A DNA stretch of 55,579 nucleotides, from the NCBI RefSeq assembly GCF_001194135.2, contig NC_068983.1, forward strand, positions 33,886,680 through 33,942,258. The letters run 5' to 3'. The notes under the pieces are model-generated. The model saw only the letters and a list, made by a program, of their open reading frames with translations, was not told where the DNA came from and did no database searches. Position numbers and translations under genes: made by a program. Of this stretch, positions 1-12,150 are shown piece after piece. Positions within the stretch are counted from its first letter, which is position 1; every line of letters starts with the position of its first letter. The DNA is from Octopus bimaculoides. Taxonomy: Eukaryota.

Positions 1-50
1 ATACATACATATATATGTACACATATATACATATCTGTGTATATATAAAT

Positions 51-96
<46 letters not shown>

Positions 97-221
97 GCGC
101 GTAAGTAAGTATAGCAATTCCGCATCAAAAGAGACAAAGTACAAGTAAATGTGTAGCAATCACACTCCCGATCAATTGATGAGGACGAGGATGACTGCGG
201 GAACAGGATGGATATGGCGAT

Positions 222-466
222 GTGATGATGATGATGACGACGATGATGATGACGATGATGATGATGTTGATGGTGGTGATGTTGATGATTACGATGATGG
301 TGGTGATAATGACGATGATGATGATGATGATGATGGTGATAATACTACCAATAATAATAATAATAATAATAATAATGTTTTCATTTATTTGCCACAAGGC
401 CGAAGGATGAAGGGAACAATACAAAGACAGACATAAAGTGTGGGAGTGAGGGAGCTTACATATAAT

Positions 467-497
<31 letters not shown>

Positions 498-522
498 CAG
501 TAGTAGCAGCAGCAGTAGTAGC

Positions 523-573
<51 letters not shown>

Positions 574-583
574 NNNNNNNNNN

Positions 584-619
<36 letters not shown>

Positions 620-783
620 GGTTGTGGTGGTCGTAGTGTTATTGTTGAGGTTGTCGCCGTCGTCATTGATGTTGTTATTGTTCCTGATGTCACTGTTGTC
701 GTCATTGTTGTTGTTGTTATTGTCATTGTCATCATTCCTGCTGCTGCTACTACTGCTGCTGCTACTGCTACTGCTGCTGCTAC

Positions 784-814
<31 letters not shown>

Positions 815-830
815 GATGATGTCGTTGTTC
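222..830. repeat. Compound trinucleotide microsatellite cluster (GAT, AAT, TAG, GGT, GTT, GCT)
   Basis: Directly visible tandem triplets. They explain the poly-D, poly-V, poly-T and poly-L ORFs in the track. Confidence 0.95.
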
Positions 831-1260
831 TTGTACTAATAATTCTTAACGTCAGTGCTGCCAGTTTAGAACACGTAGGAGTGAGATGTAGTNNNNNNNN
901 NNNNNNNNNNNNNNNNNNNNNNNNNNNNNNNNNNNNNNNNNNNNNNNNNNNNNNNNNNNNNNNNNNNNNNNNNNNNNNNNNNNNNNNNNNNNNNNNNNNN
1001 NNNNNNNNNNNNNNNNNNNNNNNNNNNNNNNNNNNNNNNNNNNNNNNNNNNNNNNNNNNNNNNNNNNNNNNNNNNNNNNNNNNNNNNNNNNNNNNNNNNN
1101 NNNNNNNNNNNNNNNNNNNNNNNNNNNNNNNNNNNNNNNNNNNNNNNNNNNNNNNNNNNNNNNNNNNNNNNNNNNNNNNNNNNNNNNNNNNNNNNNNNNN
1201 NNNNNNNNNNNNNNNNNNNNNNNNNNNNNNNNCTCTCTCTCACTCTCTATCTACCTACCC

Positions 1261-1320
<60 letters not shown>

Positions 1321-1367
1321 GTGACTATCTTTCTCTTTGCTTATATATCTCTCCTATTGCTTATATT

Positions 1368-1425
<58 letters not shown>

Positions 1426-1760
1426 TCTGTGAGTGTGTGTGCTTGTGTGTCTCTGTGTGTTTGTGTGTGTGTGTTTTGCTTTTCATGCTGTTACTTGTAA
1501 GCTACTTGTAAGCTACACACAAACATAGATAAGAGTAGTGCTTAAAACGTCCACTTCGCAAACATGTGTTTCTCTAAAGACTTTTGAGCCAATTTGGTGC
1601 AGAGTCTTTGCACAAGCAATTATGTACGGCATCAAAGCATTTATTATAAAGATGTTACACAAACTTAAATATAATTAAGAAGACAGATAGTCTTTAAAAA
1701 TGATTTATAGCTGTTTCAAGAATTCGGTGACGATTTATGATTTTATATTATTATATATAA

Positions 1761-1807
1761 CGGCTCAGCAGAGTCGTTAGCACGCGGGGCGAAATTCCTA
1801 GCGACTT
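1761..1807 (+). mobile_element. SINE family A head fragment
   Basis: ggctcagcagagtcgttagcacgcggggcgaaattcctagcg resembles the 5' head of the fuller family A copies (e.g. 54161 and the reverse complement of 39700-39762). Confidence 0.5.
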
Positions 1808-1952
1808 ATCCCTATATTCAGTGTTTTCTCGAGCTGTGTTGTAGTGGTTCGCATGTCTATTAAATATATCTTCGTGAGAGGATAATTAAGTTAGTTGGAG
1901 GTCAATGCGTTTTTAATTGATCATGGGTGGTTACTTTGGAAGTTAATAGAGC

Positions 1953-2250
1953 TTAAATTAGAATGAAGAGTGCATCGTCTCTAAATAACCCTCCCCCGAT
2001 TTCAGGATATTCATCATGCAGGTCGGATAGAAGATAGATTCCAAGAAGGTCAGTCACCTGGGTGGAGTCTGCGGCGCCCAATGTGATGTCAAAGCAATTG
2101 GGAGTGTCCTTTCTAGTCCAGAATTTGTTGTCGAAATTAATTATGGATTGGCGGGCCGTTAGGATAAAGTTAATTTCATTCCTGCTAACGTTAGTATATT
2201 TCATTGCTAAAAGAAGGGCGCTATTTAGTACAATGATAGATCAATAGATA
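1953..2250 (-). mobile_element. Penelope-like element reverse transcriptase fragment (decayed)
   Basis: Reads LNSALLLAMKYTNVSRNEINFILTARQSIINFDNKFWTRKDTPNCFDITLGAADSTQVTDLLGIYLLSDLHDEYPEIGGGLFRDDALFIL. This follows the PLE RT pattern (ARKSLLF..W.KK...[22 protein letters not shown]...GLYRDD) including the catalytic RDD. Truncated on both sides. Confidence 0.8.
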
Positions 2251-2493
2251 GCCTTGTGTTATATATATTGTACAGTTGTACTTATATGCAATGTTCATAC
2301 TCTCATACACACGCGAGCGCATATAAATTATATTGAAAGAATTTCTGACACACGTTTGCTATGATCAATGCGGGAGTACTTTCTCAATACTTACGATAAA
2401 ATAAGAAGTTTCACATGCTAATGCCTTTTTCTTTGTTTGTAGACTTCCTTATATCATAATGGTTTAATTCCAATCAATTGTTACCTTTTAAAA

Positions 2494-3477
2494 ATGAGTT
2501 TATCAAACATTGTATACAATGTCAATTCAAAAGGTACTCTTCTCTCGTGAGAGCAGCAAGAAATAATTTCTCTGTCTATGAAAATGAAGGTTAAAGTGTC
2601 CGGATATGCCAACGATTGTCTGGCCGGTTTCGCCTGGAGAAACTTTTCTCTCGAAGTTCGATGACCAACTTCTGTCAATATTAAGTTTCTGAAAACCGTA
2701 GTTGAGGAAAATCCAATGCAAACTGAACCTGAATTAGCAAAGCAGTTCATTTCAAACCACAGAACGATTATAAAACACTTTCATGAAACAGAAAAGGTGT
2801 CTAAACTTGGTCTGTTGGTTCTTCATCATTTGCCTGTTTTTTCAGCTTAATCATAGTTTTATCTTCGACTCGTCATTGCTACCGAACCTTTCCTAGGTAG
2901 AATAATCACAAGTGATGGAAAGTGGTTTCGCTATAAAAATGTTGAACGAAAACACCAATAGTTAGCATCCAATGTAAACGAAGAATACATACCCGAGCTT
3001 GGACTACACTCGAAAACAGCTAAGTTCTGCCATTGGTGAGATATGGAGGATGTTGTCTATCATAAAGTGTTAAACCAAAACAAAACATTTAATGTGGAGA
3101 AGAACTGTCGTGAAGGAGTTCGTTGCACAAAAATCTGCACGAACAGCGCCTGCCATTTGTCATTCGTAAAAGGGGGATTCTTACACGATAATTCAAGACA
3201 CATATTACCCCAATCTCTGAGGAAACGGTCATGATATTTAATATGGAAGTTTTGCCTCATTCTTGTAACTCTCCTGATCTTACTCTGGTCATCAACTTTT
3301 CAGATAGTTTTAAAGTTATTTAGAAGGGAAACAATCTAATAATTTAGAAAATGTTAAAAATTGTATTGAGTTTCTTTGCTTCGAAACCTGAAGAATTTTA
3401 AGCCCAAGGGTTCAATAATTTGCTAAATAGATGAGATCATGTTATGAATAATGAGAAGGAAATATTATCTTTATTAA
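2494..3477 (+). mobile_element. Mariner transposase pseudogene
   Basis: Frameshifted pieces in mariner order: AARNN..VYE..SVRICQR..RFR (HTH); LKTVVEENPMQTEPELAKQF..HRTIIKHF..KVSKLG.LVLHHL; FLGRIITSDGKWFRYKNVERK; LHDNSR; EVLPHSCNSPDL; FFASKPEEF. Multiple stops. TIRs not recognisable. Confidence 0.9.
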
Positions 3478-4693
3478 ATATATCAATTAAGAGCCAAGAA
3501 GCATATATATCTTTCCCATCTCGAAATGCGATAGGACTTTCTTTCCGACCGAATATGCATACGGACACACACACACGCATAAACACACACGTACACACAC
3601 ATGCAAGCACACATGTACGTGTGTGTGTGCGTGCGCGCACACGCACACACACATACATACACGTCTGTACGTTCGGCTTGCTTTTTATCTGATCTGAAAT
3701 TATTTATGAACAATATAATTGTTTTATAAATTATTTTTATCCCTTTGTTAACTTCTGAAATCCATTATCTTTTTCGGAATACCTTTTTTTTTCCAGATTC
3801 TTAGCAAATATAATAAAATTATAATATAAAATAATATAATAAAATTAATATATTTCTAGAATACTTTGCACCAAAGAACTTCGAAACATTGACACAAATC
3901 AGGTTCAGAATTTTGTAGTTGAACCTAAACGGAATATTAATGTAGGAAAGAAATATGGAATCGTCTATTCAGTTAATGCTTAATGGCAATTGATAGATTC
4001 TTCGTAAGATTTCTTTCTTTTAGAGAGAGATATTGAACCATCGAAAACGCATGAAATTTGCAATTATACATAGGTAGGTATGTATCTATGCCCGTGTATA
4101 TATGTATCTGTAAGTGTATGTCTGTGTGTGTGTGTGTGTGTGTATGTGTGTGCATATATGTGTATCTGTGTCTATTATGAATATGAATAAATACATATAC
4201 TGTATATGTATGCGTAAATGTTCATATATAAATGGGTATGCGCATACATGTATACATATATATACACACATATATATATATATACATATATATNNNNNNN
4301 NNNNNNNNNNNNNNNNNNNNNNNNNNNNNNNNNNNNNNNNNNNNNNNNNNNNNNNNNNNNNNNNNNNNNNNNNNNNNNNNNNNNNNNNNNNNNNNNNNNN
4401 NNNNNNNNNNNNNNNNNNNNNNNNNNNNNNNNNNNNNNNNNNNNNNNNNNNNNNNNNNNNNNNNNNNNNNNNNNNNNNNNNNNNNNNNNNNNNNNNNNNN
4501 NNNNNNNNNNNNNNNNNNNNNNNNNNNNNNNNNNNNNNNNNNNNNNNNNNNNNNNNNNNNNNNNNNNNNNNNNNNNNNNNNNNNNNNNNNNNNNNNNNNN
4601 NNNNNNNNNNNNNNNNNNNNNNNNNNNNNNNNNNNNNNNNNNNNATATATAAAGAGAGAGAGGGAGAGGAAACCGACAGACATACAAATAGAA

Positions 4694-4744
<51 letters not shown>

Positions 4745-5450
4745 TAGATAGATAGAGAGATAGATAGAAATTATATCGAGGGAAGTGAGATATTGAGGTT
4801 GCTGTGCTTAGACTTACTTTCGTCATGAGAATGTAGTTTGCACGAGGTCCTACAAAATGGAAGATATACTGGCTCTATGAATGGCTAGATTAATTTTACT
4901 GTAACTGTTAATTGAATATATGCATTCAGTTAGGAAATTAAAGGCTCCAATTAATTATACTTTTTCACGGAGATTTAGTAATTAGATAATTTCTAATCTT
5001 ATTGAAAAGCTATAACTAACGTTAACATTCTTTCTATCAAAATATAACTCATCATTGGTTGTTCGATAGACATATGCTCATCAAGACAAATATTTAAGAT
5101 GTCTGACGTTATCCATTATAACATTTAACGAATTAGTGGACTTTAGGTCAAACTGTATCACATTTTCTATCCATGTTTTAAGCTTGAGGATGTTTATGCA
5201 AAATCTGGTTTTCTTTTGAATAATTTTTTAGTGACCTAGCCCTACAGTATGGGGTCGACCTTTTTACATAACACTCTATCTGATTTTTAGCATTTCATTT
5301 TCAGTGGCCTGGCCATGTTCTATGGCATTGTCAGATCCAGAATTAAGTACACACACACAGAAACACACCCATACATATATGCATACACATATGGAAGCAC
5401 ATATGTGCAAAGTATATTTGAGGATCAAAGTTAGAGTGGAGTGTAGTGTA

Positions 5451-5618
5451 TTAGCGGTATTTCGTCTGTCTTTAGATACTGAGTTCAAATTCCGCCGTCG
5501 ACTTTACCTTTCATCCTTTCGAGGCCGATAAATTAAGTACCAGTTGTGTACTGGAGTCGATCTCATCGACTCGCATCCCTCCCACAAATTTCGGGCCTTG
5601 TGCCTAGAGTAGAAAAGA
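5451..5618 (+). mobile_element. tRNA-derived SINE family A (5'-truncated)
   Basis: B-box GAGTTCAAATTCC, central module ctttcatcctttcgaggccgataaattaagtaccag, and tail aatttcgggccttgtgcctagagtagaaa. Matches at least five other copies in the window. Confidence 0.85.
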
Positions 5619-6152
5619 AAATATCGCAGTAGCCGAGCCAACTGACTGGTGACCCAGGAGTAGAGGAAAAATCAGCTGGTTGGATAATGTCCATCGTGCG
5701 TGTTGGTCATGTTTGGAGATCCAGCCGGAATGTTTAATGGCGGTTGCTTCGAATAGGACCCTATGAAGGAGAGGACTGAGGATCCTGTTTGCACCAACCT
5801 CCCATTAAGAGCGTGCGGAGGTAATGTATGTATGGATGGACGGAGGCACAACTTATTTTGTTTAATTTAGTACTAAATAAATTACGCTTTTGCTTCTCGC
5901 CTCTTCAGTCAATGACAATAAACTTTATTTCCATTAGCTGATATGTGAGACCCTTGCATTTTAGTTCGTATTTACATAACTAATGTTTGTAATTACAGTA
6001 AATAATATATCTGCCTACTTCTTTTATGGAACGACAAAAGTAAAACATTTAAAGAAAAGAGAAGATAAAACATGAAACATAGATATGATTACCAAACAAC
6101 ACTAGGTTTCCACCACTGAGCGGAAGACAAAGTTTACAGATTGTCTGTCTGC

Positions 6153-6212
<60 letters not shown>

Positions 6213-6317
6213 ATGTCTGTATATATAATTAAATACGTATTTATACATACAAATACACACACGAATACACACATATGCATATATATGTGTAAATATATAT
6301 ATATATANNNNNNNNNN

Positions 6318-6353
<36 letters not shown>

Positions 6354-6530
6354 GAAATATGTATATATGCATATATGTGTATTTATACATGCATATGTAT
6401 GCATGTATATGTATACATACATATACGCATATATATATGCTCACGCATATTTATAAGAATATGCATATATATATATGTATATATTTATATATATGTACAT
6501 GTATACATACATATTTAATTGTACGTCAGA

Positions 6531-6578
<48 letters not shown>

Positions 6579-7057
6579 NNNNNNNNNNNNNNNNNNNNNN
6601 NNNNNNNNNNNNNNNNNNNNNNNNNNNNNNNNNNNNNNNNNNNNNNNNNNNNGCGTGTTTGTATGTATGCATGTGCGTGCGTGTGTGTGTGTATGTGTGT
6701 GTGTGTGTGTGTGTACATGCATATGTATGATTGTATAGGCACATACACACACAATTTGTAGGTGTTTCTTGAAAGAAAATCGCCCGTACGCTACGCTACG
6801 GGTGTGGTTAACAGCGGACATAGATATCAATCATTGTTATTAATTGATTATCGATTACAACGCTGAGAGTGTCAGAGAGCTGACACAGGCATTGTTAAAC
6901 AGTTGACAGATCCCCTCAAGATTCAAGTTTCAAGTCACATATTCACGTCTACTAAACTGTCCTTGTTTGTCTTTATTAGTGTTTGTATCACAGCATGTTT
7001 CAGCGAAATACGATACATGTGTGATGAAGTGTTCGCGCTTAACCGCAGTATCGATGA

Positions 7058-7125
7058 ATGCTTAGGAAATCCGCTTCACAACAACGCGATTCCCGGTTCG
7101 ATTCCACTCTGCGTTGCTTCTTGAA
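7058..7125 (+). mobile_element. Degenerate SINE family B head remnant
   Basis: B-box-like ggttcgattcc followed by actctgcgttgc, similar to the family B head (gggttcagtcccactgcgtggc). Confidence 0.35.
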
Positions 7126-7369
7126 CAACAATTTATATATATATATATATATATATATTNNNNNNNNNNNNNNNNNNNNNNNNNNNNNNNNNNNNNNNNN
7201 NNNNNNNNNNNNNNNNNNNNNNNNNNNNNNNNNNNNNNNNNNNNNNNNNNNNNNNNNNNNNNNNNNNNNNNNNNNNNNNNNNNNNNNNNNNNNNNNNNNN
7301 NNNNNNNNNNCGCCTACCCAGCAAAATCGCATTGCAGCAAAACTTGACAGCCTGGTCGATCACGTGATT

Positions 7370-7413
<44 letters not shown>

Positions 7414-7625
7414 TAGGATAAATTCTTTATAAGAATTTATCAAGTAGTCAGCGTGAAAGCTTTATAAGAGAAAAATTTATAATTATTCCCTTTAAATATA
7501 TTTATTTATATTATGGGCATTACTATACGTAAATGCCTCACGCTATTAGGGACTCTAAAAGTCAAAACTACCATTATAAATACACAGTGTACCGAACGCG
7601 AGGGAATGCAATCTTTGAAGCCAAG

Positions 7626-7832
7626 CTATAGGGACAAGGCCTGATATTTGGTGGGAGAGGATAAGTCGATTACATCGACCCCAGTGTTTCACTGGTACTT
7701 AGTTTATATCGAGCCCCAAAGGATGAAAGGCAAATTCGACTTCGGCGAAATTTGAACTCACAACTTGAGGACGGACAAAATGCTGCTAATCATTTTGCCC
7801 AGCACGCTAACGATTCTGCCAGAACGCCACCT
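7626..7832 (-). mobile_element. tRNA-derived SINE family A
   Basis: Reverse complement has the A-box-like tggcagaatcgttagcg, B-box gagttcaaatttc, the central module and the ggccttgtccctatag tail. Confidence 0.85.
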
Positions 7833-8982
7833 TGATAATAATAATAATATTACTACTCCGATTAAGGACAATAAAATTTACATACTCATGTATTGCGTCC
7901 TATTTACCATTTTTTTACCGAATCTACACTCACGCAACCGGACACACAAGCATCTACACACACATCCACACACACANNNNNNNNNNNNNNNNNNNNNNNN
8001 NNNNNNNNNNNNNNNNNNNNNNNNNNNNNNNNNNNNNNNNNNNNNNNNNNNNNNNNNNNNNNNNNNNNNNNNNNNNNNNNNNNNNNNNNNNNNNNNNNNN
8101 NNNNNNNNNNNNNNNNNNNNNNNNNNNNNNNNNNNNNNNNNNNNNNNNNNNNNNNNNNNNNNNNNNNNNNNNNNNNNNNNNNNNNNNNNNNNNNNNNNNN
8201 NNNNNNNNNNNNNNNNNNNNNNNNNNNNNNNNNNNNNNNNNNNNNNNNNNNNNNNNNNNNNNNNNNNNNNNNNNNNNNNNNNNNNNNNNNNNNNNNNNNN
8301 NNNNTAACAGACATATACAAAGAAGTACTGACCAATATGATGCCATTTAATATCAATAAGTGCGATAGTTTTTCTTGACATTTGTCTCATGTTTAAAATT
8401 AGAATCGTCCGTGTCTTTCGCAATGTTTCGTCAAGTTCCGTGTCAGATCGTGTTCCATCTTGCTACGTTGTTTCACTATCGCCATAGCCTCGTTTTCATT
8501 TCTTTCTCCTTTACTGTATACTTTTAGTCTTGCTTAGTGTTGGACATATTATGTCTTGTCTTCTTATTTCCTTGTTTATTTGCTTATTTATTTGTTTTAT
8601 AATTGTTACTGTTTCAGTTTTTATTTGTTTGTCGTCTTTCAGCCATTGTTGTTATGGTCGTCATTCTTTTTATAGTGGTTGCCGTTAGCTTTGTTATTTA
8701 GAGTGACGAGAGAGATAATATTCTTTTGAGACGGGAGGTATTTTTATAACATATGCTGTTGTTGATATGGTAGCTGGTATTGTTGTGCTTTTAGTAGAGA
8801 TGCTGTTTTTGTCCTTGTTATTCACTGTGGAATTTCTTTTTACTTTAGTCACAAGTCCGTTCCGACAGACATATCTATGATAAAAGGCGTCCCAAACGTA
8901 ACTATCTCAACTGAATTTCAAGGAATACGTCATTGAAAATGGCTCACAATTTTTAAGTTTTTATAATGGGATTTATAGAATT

Positions 8983-9484
8983 TTCTAGCAGGTTGATTGA
9001 CTATATAAAGGCCCCTTATAGCAGACAGAACGACTACACAAAGGGTCTCTGTATCAAGCAGATTGACAATACAAAGGCACCTTATAGCAGGTAAATCGAC
9101 TATATACAGGGCTTTTCCAGCAGGTAGATTGATAATATAAAGGCTCTTTCTTCAAAAGTCTCTTCTAGCAAGTGTATTAACTATATAAAGGCCCCTTATT
9201 GCGGGGAGATTGATTATATAATGCCCCTTCTATAAAAGCCCCTTCCTTCTAGCAGATTGATTGCCTATATAAAGGGATATTCTAGCAAGTAGATTCACGA
9301 TATAGAACCCACTTCTAAAAAGGCCTCTTGTCTCAGGTTGGTTGACTATATCAAGGCCCCATGTAGTAGGTAGATTAACTGTGTTAAGGCTCCTTCTGTA
9401 AAGATCTATATAAAGGGCTGTTCTAGTGGGTAGATTGATTATACAAAGGTTCCTTCTTTGCCGGCCATTTCTAGCAGGTGGCTC
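8983..9484. repeat. Degenerate 33-bp minisatellite (consensus about ttctagcaggtagattgactatataaaggcccc) with interspersed 15-, 19- and 27-bp units
   Basis: Units read by eye: 33,33,33,33,33,15,33,32,19,33,33,15,33,33,27,33,15 bp. Confidence 0.9.
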
Positions 9485-10688
9485 CTATGACCACATCATG
9501 GCGACTGCGGCCAAAACCGTAATATACGCCACCACCGGCTCAACTATTAATTTTCTGGTTGCGGCAGTGGAACAACAGAGCTTCCTTTATATGTAGATTG
9601 TCTCTCTCATGCCTCTTTCTCCTTAGTGGTGCTGTTGCATCAGTTTAGGTGTTTGAGGAAGGGAGACGCGTTGGTAGCGAGATGTTTCCTACCACTTCAC
9701 GTCGGAATTAAGGAACGTCTTACTACCGACGCGTCATCCTTCCGCAAACACGTGGCCAGATTCTGCAACATCACCAAGGAGATAGACGCCTCCTCTGACT
9801 CAACTTGAAAATTAACAGTCGATCGGAATTCAGCTGGTGGCTCCTATGAACACATTATAGCAATTGCGACCGACGCCATAATATACGCCGCCACCACCAC
9901 GTCGCCTACAGAAACAGCTGGATGTTTGTTTGCACCAACGCTTGAAGGATCAATTACACCAACATTTGGAGCGTGACCGATACCACCATTAACATAATGC
10001 TGAGGAATCTGAATAGGTTAACGGAACCTGCATAACTGGACATTTCCCAGATTGTTTTCCTTCTGAGGATGGGACTTTGCGCCTGAAATATAAAGGTTTT
10101 GTGAAACTCTTCACATTATCAGAGCCTTTCCTATTTTCACTTTTTTTCCCGTCTTTGATATTACAATGCTTCAAGCGAACTACAACACTCCTATATATGA
10201 TAATGTTGCAGTTTGCTTTATAGTTGTTTCAAGATCATTGTTGTTTGTTGTTGTAGAACCCAGTTGGAAGGACCGCGTCCATTCTCGTGTAACTAGGTGC
10301 TGTATTTACTAATAAGCCTTTAATTCTATATAGAATGTTTTCTCTTTATTTGGCCCATTCGACCATCGTCTGTTCCTCAACATGAAAACACACTTGACTG
10401 GGAGCCAGTATCCTAGTGAGGATGGTAATATCGTATCTGGCTATGGACATTTCAGCTGACAATCGTGCATATATATATAATTGTTAGACTGTATACATCT
10501 ATATCGTATTCGATACTACGACGCAATAGGTATTTATAGGTGCATAGATATATTGTTATATTATTCATTTAATATATAACATACACATACCTATATATAT
10601 ATAGAATATGCATCAATATTATATTCATAAACATATACATAATGTTTTATATATGATATGGATATATATTTTATATGAAATATGTATG

Positions 10689-10733
<45 letters not shown>

Positions 10734-12107
10734 NNNNNNNNNNNNNNNNNNNNNNNNNNNNNNNNNNNNNNNNNNNNNNNNNNNNNNNNNNNNNNNNNNN
10801 NNNNNNNNNNNNNNNNNNNNNNNNNNNNNNNNNNNNNNNNNNNNNNNNNNNNNNNNNNNNNNNNNNNNNNNNNNNNNNNNNNNNNNNNNNNNNNNNNNNN
10901 NNNNNNNNNNNNNNNNNNNNNNNNNNNNNNNNNNNNNNNNNNNNNNNNNNNNNNNTATATATATATATATATATTTCTGTTAAACTATAAGTCTCTACCT
11001 CGGTGTCAAGCTAATCTCTATCGATATCACTTCTTGTAAAATGTAATCATTTTTATAAAATTAGAAACTGCACGCTATTTGGGCAGAGATAATGCAGGTT
11101 AAATACGAACGAAAAGGTGACGGGAATGTAGAGAATATCTCTGTAGAATAACAGTAGATTATAAAGACAAAGTTTGATGGTAAAGTCTGAATGTATCTGC
11201 GTTGTATTTTAAGAAAATTCCACAAGAACTGTTCTGTCGTAAGAAGTGTATTTCTAAAATACGAGAAGATAGTGTCGTTCTTCCAGTTATTACTTTGAAA
11301 TGTAATTCTTTCAATTATAAGCACAAGACCTGAAATACTGTAGCAATGAGTTTGCAGATTGGTGTATAACGGCTGGACAATGGTTCGGGTTTGTAATGAC
11401 CAGTGCGACCCTGGAACCATAGGGTTCCTTGATTGGTTCTAGGTAGAGGTTCTCCTGCAACAGGAGAACTGAATGCTACTTGTTAACATATCTTGTAAAT
11501 TATGAATACATTTTTCTCATTTCCCGCCTCTCCGTTTTCCCTTGGAAGTACTTTTTGTAAGCCTCCACAAAAATGTGTAAATTGTCCGCATAATGCTCCC
11601 CCTCCTCTGATTCCCCTTGGCCAATATAAGAAATCATCATCATCATCATCATCATCAAAATCGTCATCATTTGGCTGACGGTGCCAAAAACGATTAGGCT
11701 GGTGAACGGCAGTTAGGTGAAGGCTTTTGGGGACAGAGTGATCCTGAGTCTGTGGGTCTAACGTGATTGACCCTAGTTGAAGGCTCTCGTATATATCTGA
11801 AGGACCGCACCATCTATGTGTTAGTATGTTTTATTTACTATGAATGCTGTTTATGTCATTTAACCTTGTATCCATTGTTCCTATCATCTTTTATGAAAAC
11901 TCGTACAGAAATTGTAAAGTGTTCATGCAATGACTCTCACCCACCTTATCTAATGCCCCATGGTGAATAAAACAAATCCTTCTCCCCTCCTTCTCCTCCT
12001 CCTTCTTTTTGTCTTTTTTCTCCTCCACCTTCCCTTCCTCAATTATTATTATTGTCGTTGCTGCTGCTGTCACTGTTGCTGTTGCTGCTGCAGTTATTGC
12101 TGTCATA

Positions 12108-12149
<42 letters not shown>

Positions 12150-12150
<1 letters not shown>

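Noticed and set aside
125-1324. ORFs rich in poly-D, poly-V, poly-T, poly-I or poly-L
   Set aside because: Translations of trinucleotide microsatellites that run through N gaps.
8983-9480. 33-bp repeats as a CRISPR array
   Set aside because: No unique spacers, the units are contiguous and degenerate, there are no cas genes, and the context is eukaryotic.
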